In this document: positions 37,291-50,894 of the stretch, piece by piece | Layout: the number at the start of each line of letters is the position of its first letter | Numbering within the stretch: the stretch's first letter is position 1 | From: Callorhinchus milii | Lineage: Eukaryota | DNA: 64,000 bases | NCBI RefSeq assembly: GCF_018977255.1 | Contig: NW_024704743.1 | Coordinates: 82,152,001-82,216,000, forward strand | Direction: 5' to 3' | Notes under the pieces: generated by a model | The model's database searches: none | What the model was told of the DNA's origin: nothing | What the model saw: the letters and a program-made list of their open reading frames with translations, nothing else | Position numbers and translations under genes: made by a program

Positions 37291-38134
37291 CGATAATATT
37301 ATTTTCCAATCTAAAAGGCTTGGCAGTAAGCATAGCAGTGAGGATGCCACCTGATCTCACCAACTGTGCTTGCGCCACCTTTTGGGTTGCCAGCTCATGT
37401 TTTGTACTCTTCACCATGTTTCCAGTGTGAGAGTCAAATTATTCACAATGATGAAGGATTCAAATATGAGGGAAAGCAGAAGAGAGGAAAGAAGGAACGT
37501 CAAGTGGGACATTTCTACATAAATATTAACTGGTTTCCGGAAATCAATAAAAAACTTGCATTTATATAGTGCACTTCCCATAAAACTTCATCAGAGAAGT
37601 CTGTTGAACCAGACCTATGAAAGGGTTCAATAACACTATTGGATGTGCAAAGGGATTGCAGAGTACTGTAGCACTGTATTCTGGCCCAACAGGTAGGTGG
37701 GGTGAGGTTTAAATCAATCCTAAACATTCTTGCTTTTCTCCTCCTTACAAAATTCCCATGTTCGTGTGATCAGTCACAGTTTTTAAGTAAGTACAGAGAG
37801 CATTGCAAATCACTCCTTAGAAAATCCACAGGCCCTAGTTTGCACTTTGATCATCCCTTTCCCCCTGGCTCTTCATGTATTACAGCTGGTTGATGTAGAG
37901 TCTAATCTTCATGTTTCTTAATAAGAAATCCAAAGTCACCCAAACAGGGATTCCTTCCAGTAACCAGAAGTATGTCTCGTTGACTCTTGGGAACTCCACT
38001 CCAACATGATACACTTCCAGAGGAGAGTTTCCGCTGGTCAGAAGGAATGAATCTTAGAAATCTAAGCATGGAAGGAGGCCATTCATCCCATCAAGTTGGC
38101 ACCAGCTCACAGAGCAACAATAGCACTTCAGGCT

Positions 38135-38748
38135 CACCTCCCCACCTTCCCTCACCTCCGTAACATCGCCCAACTCTGCCACTACCTCACCCCTCAGGCC
38201 GCTGAAACTCTTGTTCATGTCTTTATCACCTCCAGGCTCAACTATGCAAATGCCCTGCTTGTCGGCCTTCCCAACTCTTCCCTCCACAGGCTGCAGATAA
38301 TCTAGAACTCTGCAGCCTGTGTCCTCTCCATGACCCCATCTTCCCCATTCTCGCCCGACTCCATTGGCTCCCTATCCTTCAGAGGATCCAGTTCAAGATC
38401 CTGGTCCTCACATGCAAAGCCCTCCATGGCCTCGCCCCACCCTACCTCTGTGATTTCCTAACCCCCTACCAACCCACCCGTTCTCTGCGCTCAGCCGGCT
38501 CCAGCCTGCTCCACGTTCCCCGCCCCACTTGCCCCACCATTGGCGGGAGAGCCTTCAGCCATTCTGCTCCCAACCTCTGGAATTCCATCCCCCAATCACT
38601 CTGCTTCACCCCCTCCTTAGCCTCAAAACCCTCCTCTTCGACCCCCCTTTGCCTCTCCTCCCTTCTCCCCCCTTGACCCCAGCATCTTGGTACGTCCTCC
38701 CGATGTGAAAGGTGCTATACAAATGTAATCTTGTTGTTGTTATTGTTA
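38135..38748 (+). mobile_element. L2 3' fragment inserted in a minus-strand CR1 end
   Basis: AAETLVHVFITSRLNYANALLVGLPNSSLHRLQ; CR1 remnants at 38050-38120 and 38750-39230. Confidence 0.9.
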
Positions 38749-39759
38749 TCCCTTTCCCCTTCAAGCCCCTCTCTTTCAAATGCCTGCCCACTTCCCTCTT
38801 GAAAGCTGCAATGGAATCCGTCTATACCACCCTACTCAGTCTCTCCTCATAACTGTAGCCCTTCAAAACCAGATTCATTCTTGTAAACTCCTTTTCACCC
38901 TTGCCAAGGCCCTAACATCTTTCCTGAAGTGAGTTGGCCAGAACTGGACACAATTTCGCCCACAAATATACGGTCAATTCACTTTATAGTCTATTCTGTG
39001 AAGCGCTTTGAGATGTCGAGAAGATGTGAAAAGTCCTATATCAAATGCAAGGATTATTATTAAATGCAAGGATTATTATATATTATTATTATAATGTTCC
39101 AGTTGCAGCCTAATGAATGATTTCGCAAACTTAGCATAATTTCTTTACTTTTATACTCTGCTCCTGTGTATGAAACCTAGCATTCCGTTAGGCTTCTTCA
39201 CATCCCTTGTCACTTGCTATGCCAAAGGAATAATAATTTGCCCAAATTTAAATCCGTGGACTCTACACCTCTGGCAAAAATCCTGTGGTCAAATGCATGG
39301 AGCAGACATAAGTGATATGAGACATTTCTCTGTGTGAAGGGAGCTATATAAACGCAAGTTGTTGTTGATGATGATCATCCATAATCTGCCCTTCCACAGT
39401 TAAACTCTTTCCATCTCCAAACGTGTCATTGCATAACAAGAGAACGTAGTCTGGGTAATACAGGTTGGTGGCCCCTGCATGTACAGAAGAAAATGTTATA
39501 CTTACATTAAAGTCATCCAAACACAAAGTGTCCTGAATTATAATGTGAAACATGCGAAAGGCAGTAATGAACTGGAATTTGAAAGAGGCTGACATTATGG
39601 TGACTCAAAAGCCACATGTTGCAACCAACTGTTATCCAGTCGGCTGGTAAATGCAGTAACTCTCAAGTACCTATCTATATAAACCTTCAAAAGGACAGCT
39701 TCAAATACCTAGCTGTTATGTGAAGATGGGTGCACTGCGCACTATTAGGCACAAATGGC

Positions 39760-40487
39760 CATCATCACTCCTATCCTTAAAAAATCTCTCCCTGGACCCT
39801 TTCCTGCTCTCAAACTACCGTCCCATCCCCAACCTCCCTTTCCTCTCCAAGGTACTGGAATGAGTCGTTGCTTCCCAGCTTCGGTCCTTTCTCTCCCGCC
39901 ACTCCCTTCATGAACCCCTCAAATCGGGTTTCCATGCCACTCACAGCACAGAAACAGCCCTGGTCAAAGTGACAATGACATTATGTCCATCTGTGACCAG
40001 GGCTCCCTCTGCCTCTCAACCTCCTTGACCTCTCTGCTGCCTTTGACACCGTTGACCACTTTCTCCTCATCCACCGCCTCTCCTCTCAAGTCAACCTTCA
40101 CAATTCTAATCTTAATGGTTCAGATTGTACCTCTCACACCGCCTCCACTTCATCTCCACAAACAGCTTCTCCTCTAACCCGCGCATCATCTTGTGTGGCG
40201 TTCCTCAGGGCTCTGTCCTTGGTCCCCTCCTCTTCAATATTTATATGCTCCCTCTTGGTGACATCATCTGCAGACATGGGGTCAACTTCCACATGTATGG
40301 GGATGACACCCAACTGTACCTCTCTGCCTCCACCCTTGACTCCAGGACCACTGTTGTCCTGACAGAATGTCTGTCAGACATCAAGTCCTGGATGAAAACT
40401 AACTTTCTTCAGTTGAACATCTGCAAGACCGAGGCCCTCTTGATTGGTTCCCATCAGCATCTCCACACCTCAGGTGCTGACAGCATA
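39760..40487 (+). mobile_element. L2 RT region, left part (host of nested CR1)
   Basis: [58 protein letters not shown]. Confidence 0.95.
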
Positions 40488-42262
40488 ACATAACATGTAG
40501 GAGCAGGAGTAAGCCATTCGGCCCTTCGAGGCGGCCCCGCCATTCAATCATGGCTGATCTTCTAATCTAACTCCAGCTAATAACCTGATCTTGCCTTATC
40601 CCCAAATCCCTTAATCCCTTTTGCAATAAGAAATCTATCTATCTCAGTCTTGAATATGTTCAAGGACTGAGCGTCAACAGCCCTTTGGGGTAGTGAGTTC
40701 CATACATTCACCACCCTTTGAGTGAAGAAGTTCTTCCTCAACTCAGTGCAAAAGGGCTGGCCTCTGATTTTAAGGTTGTGACCCCTGGTTTTAGTTTCTC
40801 CAACCAGGGGAAACAATCTCCCACTATCTACTCTATCATGCCCTTTGAATGATCTTATAGGTTTCCATAAGATCCCCTCTAATTCTTTTATATTCTGGAG
40901 AGTATAGGCCCAAATTGGTCAGCCTATCCTCAAAACTCATACCCTTCATCCCTGGTACTAACCTAGTAAATCTACGCTGCACCCCCTCCAAGGCAAATAC
41001 GTCCTTCCTTAAATGAGGAGACCAAAACTGGACACAGTATTCCAGGTGTGGTCTCACTAGGGCCCTATACAGTTGCAGCAAGACTTCCCTACCCTTATAC
41101 TCTAATCCTTTCATAATGAATGCTAACATACCGTTCGGCTTCATAATTGCTGCTGCACCTGCAGACTAACTTTCTGTGATTGGTGAACAAGGACACCCAA
41201 GTCCCTCTGGATGCTAACACATTCCAATCCCTCCCCTTCTAAAACATAACCCGCTCTACTGTTTTTGCTACCTAGGTGGATGACTTCGCATTTCCCTGCA
41301 TTATACTTAATCTGCCACCTACCTGCCCAATCACCTAACCTATCTATGTCTCGCTGCATTTTTTTAATATCATCCTCTGTGATGGCACTTCCTCCTAGTT
41401 TTGTGTCATCCGCGAATTTAGATATATTAGCTTCGATGTCCTCATCTAGATCATTGATGCAGATGGTAAATAGCTGAGGCCCAAGGACTGATCCTTGTGG
41501 CATTCCATTAGACACAACCCGCCAATTCGAAAAGGACCCGTTTATCCCTACTCTTTGTTTCCTACCCGTTAACCATTCTCCAATCCACATTAATATGCTC
41601 CCCCCAATTCCATGGGCCCTTATCTTTTGGACTAACCTTTTATGTGGCACCTTATCAAATGCCTTCTGGAAGTCCAAATAGACCACATCCACTGATTCAC
41701 CCTTATCCAGTTTACTGGAAATGTCCTCAAAAAACTCTATGAGATTTGTCAAACATGACTTCCCTTTTGTAAAGCCATGTTGACTTGGCCTAATTATATT
41801 GTGCTCCCCTAAATACCGCACTACCACATCCTTAATCAACGATTCTAAAATTTTTCCTATCACTGATGTGAGACTAACTGGCCTATAGTTCCCCATCTTT
41901 TCCTTTCCACCTTTTTTAAATAGTGGTGTGACATTTGCGATCTTCCAATCCATGGGGATTGTTCCAGAATCCAAGGAATTTTGGAAGATCAGACATAAGG
42001 CCTCCACTATCTCCACTATCTCATAAGCTACCTCTTTTAAAACCCTGGGATGCAAGCCGCCTGGACCAGGGGATTTGTCACTTTTTAGTGCTAACAGTTT
42101 CCCGAGCACCAATTCTCTACTAATGAAAATTTCCCTAAGTTGCTCCCTGTCCTTATCCCTTTGGTGCATCTCTATTGTAGGCAGACTTGTTGTGTCTTCT
42201 AGGGTGAAGACAGATGCAAAGTACCCATTTAGGGACTCTACCATGTCCTTGTCCCCCATTAC
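40488..42262 (-). mobile_element. CR1 LINE, 5' truncated, about 1.77 kb, ORF2 reverse transcriptase (frameshifted)
   Basis: 379-aa frame 41141-42280 with [53 protein letters not shown]; continues 40836-41144 (VRPHLEYCVQFWSP) and 40577-40816 (TRGHNLK..FFTQRVVNVWNSLP); (TATGT)n tail. Confidence 0.97.
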
Positions 42263-43052
42263 AACTTTGCATGGACGCACACTCCACCTTATTAAGCCAG
42301 TCTGGAGCCTTGGCGTCTTGTTTGACCTTCAACTATACTTTTTACCCCAGATCCGTGCCAGGACTCACTCTGCCTTCCCTCACCTCTGCAACATCGCCCG
42401 GTTCCTCCACTGTCTCACACCGCAGGCCACCAAGACCCTCATACACTCATTCACAACATCGAGGCTTGGCTCTGCAACCTCCTTGTTTGTCGGCCTCCCC
42501 AACTCCTCCCTCCATAGGCTGCAGATCATCCAGACCTCTGCAGCCTGTGTCCTGTCTCGCACCAGGCTCCGTGACCCTAACGTTCCCATCCTTGCCTGAC
42601 TCCACTGGCTCCCCATCACACAGAGGACACAGTTCAAGATCCTGGTCCTCACCTTCAAAGCCCTCCACTGTCTTGCGCCCCCCTACCTCTGCGACCTCCT
42701 ACCTCCCTACCATCCTATCCACTCCCTCCACTCAGCGGGCAAAAAACCTGCTTCATGTCCCCCGCCTCACCCGCACCACCATTGGCAGGCAGGCCTTCTG
42801 CCACTCCATCCCCACTCTCTGGTATTCCATCCCACAGTCCCTCCACCTCAGCCCCTCCCTTGCCTCCTTCAAGACCCATCTCAAGAACCTCCTCCTCTTC
42901 GACCATGCTTTTGATCACCCTGATTTCCCCGCTGCCCTCCACCCTGCCCAATCCCGACCCTCAGCTTGCGTCCGAAAAACTGACTGTCCAGTGCCTTGGG
43001 ATGTCCTCCCAACGTGAAAGACGTTATACAAATATAATTTTGTTGTTGTTGT
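42263..43052 (+). mobile_element. L2 right part through 3' tail
   Basis: Resumes where 40487 stops (..GADSI / HGRTLHLIKPVWSLGVLFD..); (TTG)n tail. Confidence 0.95.
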
Positions 43053-43682
43053 ATTAGGCTGCCAATTTTGAAGAGTGGAGATGTGAGGGTAGATGAATAT
43101 TCTAGAGGTTTGGTTGATTAACCATGGAAGAGCAAATACTGTTAGGCACCGTTATAACACAGGGATCTGGGTCCATAAAATCAGGCCCCTGCTTTATAAC
43201 ACGTCACACTATAAAAGTAGCTGCCGGTTAGCACTCCTGGGTCACAGGTCACTGCTACCTTAACCGAGATACATGTATGTAAGAAGTCGGCAGCTGCTGT
43301 AGGAAATGTTTCCAGCAATTGTTTGTACATCGCTAGATGCCAGGAGACTTTCTGTCCCTGTATGCTTGACCAGATCAACTTGGTTATGTAACAAGAAGCA
43401 GTTCTAAATTCTCTGGTGCTTTCGATCCACCCCATTTACTGTTTAGCGCAGATTCCACAAACCACCAGCAGCGACCCAGAATTATACAAGTGTGAGTTGT
43501 GGTCCACTCAGGCTTTAATTAATCATGAATGCCAACTGTTATTCTCTGGATTGTTCGATCGCTGGAAAAGATATGTATTCGAGAAGCCCATTGGCAGGGA
43601 ACTCAATCAAAAAAATGATGGTAAGTACCACTACATCAAGCATCTGTATTTACGGATATCCTCCCTCCCCTACAGGATCAAA

Positions 43683-44365
43683 ACAACAATAACAACAACA
43701 ACAAGATTCCATTTATAAAGCGCCTTTCACGTCAGGAGGACGTCCCAAGGCGCTGCACAGTTGGGTCATGACCCGAGCAGGGGGGAAATGGTCAGGGTGA
43801 GGGGAGGGAAGGGAGGGAGCGAGGAGGGGGGAAATGGTCAGGGTGAGGGGAGGGAAGGGAGGGAGCGAGGAGGGGGAAGAGAGTCGAGAGGGGAGCTGAA
43901 GGCTCGGTCAAAGAGAAAGGTTTTGAGACCGGCCTTGAAGGAGGAAAGGGAGGAGGCGGCGAAGGCACTGGGGGATGGAGTTCCAGAGCCTGGGGCTGAG
44001 AGGCTGAAGGCCCGACCACCGATGGTAGGGCGGTTGGGGCGGGGGACGTGGAGCAGACCGGAGCCAGAGGAACGGAGGGTACGGGCAGGTAGGTAGGGGG
44101 ATAGTAGGTTGGAGAGGTAGGAGGGAGCAAGGCCGTGAATGGCCTTGTAGGTGAGGATGAGGATCTTGAATTCGATCCTCTGGGGGATGGGGAGCCAGTG
44201 GAGGCGAGCGAGGGTGGGAGTGATGTGGTCCCGAAGCCTGGTGCGGGACAGTACACGAGCTGCAGAGTTCTGAATGACCTGCAGCTTGTGGAGGGAGGTG
44301 GCGGGAAGGCCGGCGAGGAGAGCGTTCCCATAGTCCAGCCTTGAGGTGACAAAGGCGTGAATAAA
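43683..44365 (-). mobile_element. Young L2 3' fragment, CpG-rich, long open ORF2 segment
   Basis: IHAFVTSRLDYGNALLAGLPATSLHKLQVIQNSAARVL...HWLPIPQRIEFKIL...PTIGGRAFS without stops; many CpGs retained. Confidence 0.96.
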
Positions 44366-44394
44366 ACCACTTATTAAGATAGTCTCCACTGGTC

Positions 44395-44600
44395 CAACAA
44401 CAGCAACAACTTGGATTTATATAGCACCCTCCACGCTGAACAGCGTCTCAGATCGCTTCACGGTAACGGATCCCGGGGCCGAGCCAGGGGGAGGGGGAAG
44501 AAGGTGACCAAAGGCACGGTCGAAAAGAAAGGCCTTTAGCCGAGACCTGAAAGTAGGAAGAGAGGGGTGAGGCGAAGGGAGTGAGGAAGGGAGTCCAAGG
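44395..44600 (-). mobile_element. L2-B-type 3' fragment
   Basis: FRSRLKAFLFDRAFGH; tail gagacgctgttcagcgtggagggtgctatataaatccaag(TTG)n. Confidence 0.88.
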
Positions 44601-45334
44601 GAAGCCCTCTTTAAATACAGCACTGCTGCAGTGTTAAAGGAGCTGCCATTGCATACCTGAAAATATTATTCAACGTTTACTTTCTCAATCCCATTTCAAA
44701 TAAAGTCTATAAATATTACATCCACAATGTCTTTTTTCAAGAGTCCTAGTTTGGCTAATCATTACTCATAGCTTATTCTTCTGAGAAATGGTATTTTACA
44801 GATCTGTGTGTGAACTAGGTTGAGGCTGAACCCCATTCCATGTGGAGAATTACAATCAGCACACAGAGGAATCTCTTGTGCTGTCAGTCTGGCAGGAGTT
44901 CAGCTTGGATCCCAAAAGTGAAAAGACAGTGTATTATCCCAGCGCATCGCCCAGTCCCCCTAGGATTCATTTTGAAATCAAATGCATTTACTAGGAATTA
45001 CTAAACCAATCTGAACTTTTCATTTTAATTTGCCATACATTTTAAGAAAAACTTTTTCTGTGACATTCTGATATATCTCCGGTTACTTTAATCCTAATTT
45101 AGAAATGTAACTTTAACCCTATTCCAGCTAAATACGGAGTTTGTCCCAATGTCCTGGTCAACAATCCTCCAAATAAAAATGGTCATTAACTTTACAGTGC
45201 TACAAGATGTTACCCTCCATAATGGCTGCTATATAAATCAAAGTTATTGTCATTGATATTGTTATAGCTGTTTGTGGGTTATTACTGTGCATCAATTGAT
45301 TACTTATGCAAGGATTATAATTAATTCCACCTCA

Positions 45335-45655
45335 ATCTAGGCTGACATTCCAATACAGTCTTGGGGATATGTTGCATTGTCAGAGATCTCATCCTTTAGA
45401 TGAGAAATCAAACTGAGGTCCCATCTACCTGTTCAGGTAACTGTTAGCAATCCTATGGCATTATTCAAAAAGAGAAAAGATTTTCTCCCTCAAATAAAAT
45501 TGGTCATTCACTTCATTGCTGTCGGTGGGACATTTCTATGTCCAAATTGGCTTCCACATTTGCCTATAAAAAAACACAATCTTTACAATGAAGTTCTTGG
45601 GTGCAACCTCCAAACGTGAAAGGCACTATATCAAATGCAAGGATTATTATTATTA
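45335..45655 (+). mobile_element. Old DeuSINE-type SINE
   Basis: tctaggctgacattcca..tagatgagaaatcaaactgaggtcccatctacctgttcagg..Deu core..tail. Confidence 0.8.
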
Positions 45656-48134
45656 AGCTGACATGTTTCTGATACGACTCTGAATTCCAGTCGTTCACTC
45701 CCTCCAGGGCTTCTCCAGAATTACAGGGGATTATTTTTTGTATCATTTTTCCCTCTTAATTGTCAAAACACAAAGAAAGGAACGATCTGATCAGTGCTGC
45801 AAGCAAGCATCTCTCATTATTGTGCAATGATCACATAACAGTAAATAAAAGGGCTCCTCAAGCTAGGAGGGCATTTGAGTAGTCCAGCCGAGAGGTGACG
45901 AAGGCATGGAACTATTAATACCTTTAATACAGTTGGACCCTCCAGTGGTCGGTAACAGAGGACAACTGGGCGCTACAGTAAACCAAGCAGCATTGGTTAA
46001 AATCAGGTTCAAGATCCAAAGTCCTTGTGTATATTATGAGTTATGAACTAAACACTGCTTAACTATTCTAATTAAGGAAGCAGTATTAAATCTATCTTAA
46101 CTTTCGGCTTTGAAATAGGATAAACTGGTGCTGGTGGCGACGGAGTCCCAGTTATTTGTTCTGGTTTTAATTCTCTTCAATATATCTGGATTAAAAAGAA
46201 TCCACTACCACGGAAAAGGTTGCAGTGCAACAATAGATATAGGCTTCACAAACTGCAGCTCATCCAAATCACAGAAACTAATAACATCTCTTATCTTTTC
46301 CTTCACAGCCCACCTTATAATACTTTCTACCACCTCCCCAGTGAGAATTGCAATCTCCAATCCCAAGCCCATGGGAAACAGCCTTTGCAGGTTTGCTCCA
46401 GCTCTTGAGTCATGATCCAATGATGTTCTTCTGTTACTTCAAAGCACCAGCATCTGAGCAGTGTCCCATCTGGCGCCAATTAGAGATTAAATACTAAATC
46501 ACCCCCATGGTTCCTGCTTAGTACCTAAAGGCTGCTTTGATATAGCAACTGGCTCCTTTCATATAGTGAATGTTTTTTACACCTTTATCCCGCACTTTAT
46601 TCTTCAATACTTCACAATATCTTGGAAACAAAATAAAAAAAATTGAGTAACAGTAGGGCTGAAATGGAATTGTCTGACCCCATTGGCACATCTTTATTCC
46701 ATTCGTAAAATGACAGCTCAATATCATTGTTATTTTGTTACAACTGTGGTGATAAAGGCGACATTTCATTACAGATCCAATGTTACGTTTTTTATCCCAT
46801 TACCTGTTATTGCTGCATTTTAGCAAGTCACGCTGTAATTTTTTATGCGTTGATTTTTACAGAATTATAAAACGACAACAAGAGACCGTATTGCATGAAC
46901 ACCCAGGTTTTCATGAACTCCTTGCAGAAGATTTGAACTAAATGTACAATTACTGCATTTCTAGAGATGCAAATAGCATTATTGTTTAATAAAGACAAAA
47001 TGGGACAGCATTTAGTCTGGAACATATATAGCATGTTCTCTTATTGTATTTACAACTTTCTGGGCTCCATCGCTCTAAATGTTTACACAACTCATTTAAC
47101 TAGGCTTCCAAAGCAATTGGTACAACTTCATAAAAGCTATTGAGTGCCAGTGTTAACACACACGCTGAACATAAGAAGCGCTGTTAAACCCAGCCACTTC
47201 AAATCTACCCAGGAAATCCCACATTCCTGTTGCATTTCCCGAGAGTCGAATTACCAACAAGAAATGCAACTTGCTCTGTTTACATGTACCCCTCATTGTT
47301 AGTGGGAACATCAATGATTCATACAGCACATTCCCTGCCAATACACAAATGCAGATGTTGGGTTTGATGTTTTTCAATAAAATTGACATGGAAAGCCAAC
47401 GAGTATGGAGCATCCCAGTGAACCGAGAGACACAGGAAATCAATAAACTAAGAGAAACAGGAAATCAAAGGGTTCCCTTGATTCCACACAGATATATAAG
47501 GTTAATGAGTTTTAGCTCTTGGGGATAAAAGGAGTCTGTTTGTGTAGATTAAGTAACTTTCGCAAACACAGAGCAGCCTGGGATTGTGATGCTGATTAAA
47601 GTACTCCTTAATCCCTTCAGGGTTCCAATCCAACTCTTTTGTTTGTGTGTTCATTTCAGGGATTTTGAATGGATTTGAATAAGGTTAAGAAGCATTTTGC
47701 AGACAATCTATTAACCTTTTGCTTTATCTCCTTCATGGTTCGGAGCTCCTGGGCATGCAGTGGACGGGTTTCAAATCCCTGACTATCCAGCGCCTTGGGA
47801 CATCCTCCCAACGTGAAAGGCATTTTACAAATGTAATTTGTTGTTGGTGTGTTGTTTCATTTCGCTCATTTGTGAAGTCCAGGACACAGCAATGAAGTGT
47901 ATTTGCAGTAAAAAGGAGAGGACTCTGATCTAAACTGACCCGCGCTCAGCACCCTGGAAATGGTATTAGCTGTACTGCAAGTCCATCTCTTCTCCAAAGA
48001 CCGGGATTAAACAGTTGGTGTTCAGTAAATTGGTACACAGTATTGGAATTGGATCTCTAGAATATCAAGATAGCTAGCAAACCACAAGCTGTCCTGTATA
48101 AGTCACTTCCACCATGCTGAAAGCACACGTATTT

Positions 48135-48516
48135 GGAGTCCTGTAGCTTAATGGTTAGAAGGCTCGCCTCGCAAACGAGAGGACCTGGGTTTGATTCCCA
48201 GCAGGGCAAAATGTTGGGCAAGTTTTCTTACGCCACACGCCTCTGTTTACCTAGCAGTAAGTAGGAACCCAGTTGTTAGTTGAATGGCAGATCGCTTTTC
48301 TGGGGATAATAATTCCTTCCAAAAAAANTACTACTAATAATAATTGGGTCACTCAATCCACAGCTGTTTGCGGGACACTGCTATGCACAATTGGCTGCCA
48401 CGTTTGGCCACAAAATTCACAGTCAATTCACTTTACAGTACATTCTGTGAAGCGCCTTGAGACGTCTAGAAGATATGAAAAGCGCTATATCAAATGCAAG
48501 GATTATTTATTATTAT
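48135..48516 (+). mobile_element. Full-length tRNA/Deu SINE, long subfamily
   Basis: Complete head, internal ctctgtttacctagcagtaagtaggaacccagttgttagt segment, Deu core, tail; contains the single N (48328). Confidence 0.94.
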
Positions 48517-50894
48517 ATATAATGATGAAAAAATACAACGATTGTATAACGAATAACTGATGAGAAATTCTATGGCTTGAGACAATAGCTGCTGAAAGTT
48601 TTTACTCAGAATCCAGATTCATGAACACACGTTCATATATCCAGGGCTTGGTATTTACCTTGACCAACATGCAGAGAGATAAACAGGAATTACTAGTATC
48701 TGGTACCCACCTAGTGAGGGCTCAAATCTGCACTTACACTAGTCACTAGGGAAGAGATGCTACCCACTCAATTCCTTTTAATGCTGTAAGCCAAAGCCCT
48801 AATAACTAGAGATATACTATCTGGACAAGCAGAAGAAACTTGCCAGACAGTGCTCTCGGTGGCAAGCTACTTTAGTTGATTTCATTCCAGCAGTACCCCA
48901 GATTGAACTGGCGGGGGTGCGTGACAGTGGTTCAAAAAATAAAAATAAATAAATGGAAAATGGTTCAAGCTCTATTTTGGGATTTTGAGCTCATAGTCTA
49001 GGCTGGCATCCAAATGCAGTTTTGGGAAGGCTCTACATTGTCAAGGGTGATGTCGTTTGGATGATGTTAAATTGAGGTGCTGTCTGTCTGTGCAGGTGGA
49101 CATTAAAGATCTCATGATGATATTTGAAAAGAGAAGTTTTTATCCTGGTAGCCTGACCAACAATTCTCCACATAAAATCAATCATTCAGTTCGTGGCTGT
49201 TTTTGAGTCACTGTTGTGTACAAATTAGATGCTGTGTTTGCCTAGAAATACACAATCACAGCACTTTACATTGACTCAAGACTATTACAGAACACATTAA
49301 AACCATGTTGTAGCAAGAGAGGAGGACACTTTGTGTAAGTCACTGAAAATACACATGATTATATGTCAAACTTTGTGAAGCTTTGAGACTTTCTTTATTG
49401 GTGCTATTATGACAGGATCTTTAACATTCACCAGAACCAGCAGATTGCTCCCTGATTTAAACTCCGATCTGAACGACAGCACCTCTGACAATTCAACACT
49501 CCATTGCATCACCAGGGCAGCCTAGACTGTGATTATAACCCTCTGACCCAGATGTGAAAGTGCTACTAACTGAGCCAAGCTGACACCTGGGGAAAGGAGA
49601 AGCAAAAGGACGAAACAAACTGCAAAGAAAGAAATGAAGTTCAAATGGGCAAATTCAAATTCTGTGAAAAAATCCTGAAAGCTCTATACTAATACAGGGG
49701 AACGATGAGTGGATATCCTCACTTTCGTTTCTTACCTCATCAATGGTAATTTTTCACTACAGTTTTTGTAACTAGATTATGACAATTTTAAATAATAAAA
49801 TAGTGATTCACTGAAATTAAACTATAAAAACCCAGAATGACTTGTTTATGAGTAATTTTGTTGAATTTTGACCTACCAAAATTCCACTTCAGAAATAAGT
49901 CACATCGGATCAAAGATCCCGCATGTTGGAATGAACAGTTACTGTAAGGAGTTTCCATTTCATAAGATCACAAGATTGGTTCAGATAAAGAAAGTTACTC
50001 TACCCATTTGATCTAATTCGTTCAGGATCCCCACCTTACCATTCTCCCAGTACAGCATCAAGCTGTTTCTTTTAATGAGTCCAGGGTGCTGAGCTCAATT
50101 TATTTCCGTTCTGGTAAACATCGTTAATTCTCTCTGGGTAAAGAAATGGTTCCTGGTGTCTGTTTTGAGATTCCCCTTTCAATGCAGAACCTGTGTCCTC
50201 TCATTGTGCTGTATTTGTGCATCCAAATATATCCACAACTCAAATTTCTTAATAAGGAATCTCATTGAGAAATACTGCAGAATAGACACATTCTTTGATA
50301 GTGCATAAGAGATCAAGCACATACTGATTCACCCAGTGCTTAAATCAAGTCTTCCTGGCATTTTTGTAACTGCCTCAAGGTCAGTGAATGCATCTGATCA
50401 ACCTACTAATTTTCCTTTAACCTTGATAGAAGAGCAGACTGATAAGAGAGATGGTAAAACAAGCAATCAAATACAGTAGGTAAAAAGATTAAAGAATTAT
50501 AAAAGGGCCATGGTTTGTTCCAAGCCTTGGTAAAACCAGAGGTGTGGGGAGGAGGAAGGGAGGAAATAAGCCATCCATTACACATGTGGGCCATGCCCCG
50601 TCTGGGACTGAACCAACTTTAATTCTATCTCAGCCACATTTTTTAGAGAAATCAAATGAAAGACTGTGAATGCTGGAAATGTACAAAATGTTGAAGAAAT
50701 GTCTACAGATACAGTCACTACTCCGGATAAGTATTTCCTGTAGTATTTGAGATATTTTGACATTGCAGTCTCTAAATCAAATACAAGGCCTATTATTATT
50801 ATAGAAATATGCTACTAAAACTTTGTTTGTGACGCTTCATCAGTTACAAGATAAGGATTGACCTCCTGTGGATTTCCAGCACTTTATAATAATA

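Noticed and set aside
39344..39595. Protein-like minus ORF (LYYPDYVLLLCNDTFGDG)
   Set aside because: No usable donor, runs into an L2 tail, family not recognised; nearby donor and acceptor are too close for an intron.
41141..42280. Functional reverse transcriptase gene
   Set aside because: 5'-truncated CR1 without endonuclease or promoter, frameshifted downstream; the start codon comes from flanking L2.
42214..43017. 267-aa ORF
   Set aside because: Off-frame reading of C-rich L2 sequence.
48522..48595. C/D box snoRNA (ATGATGA..CTGA..TGATGA..CTGA)
   Set aside because: D' and C' overlap, no terminal stem, abuts a SINE tail.
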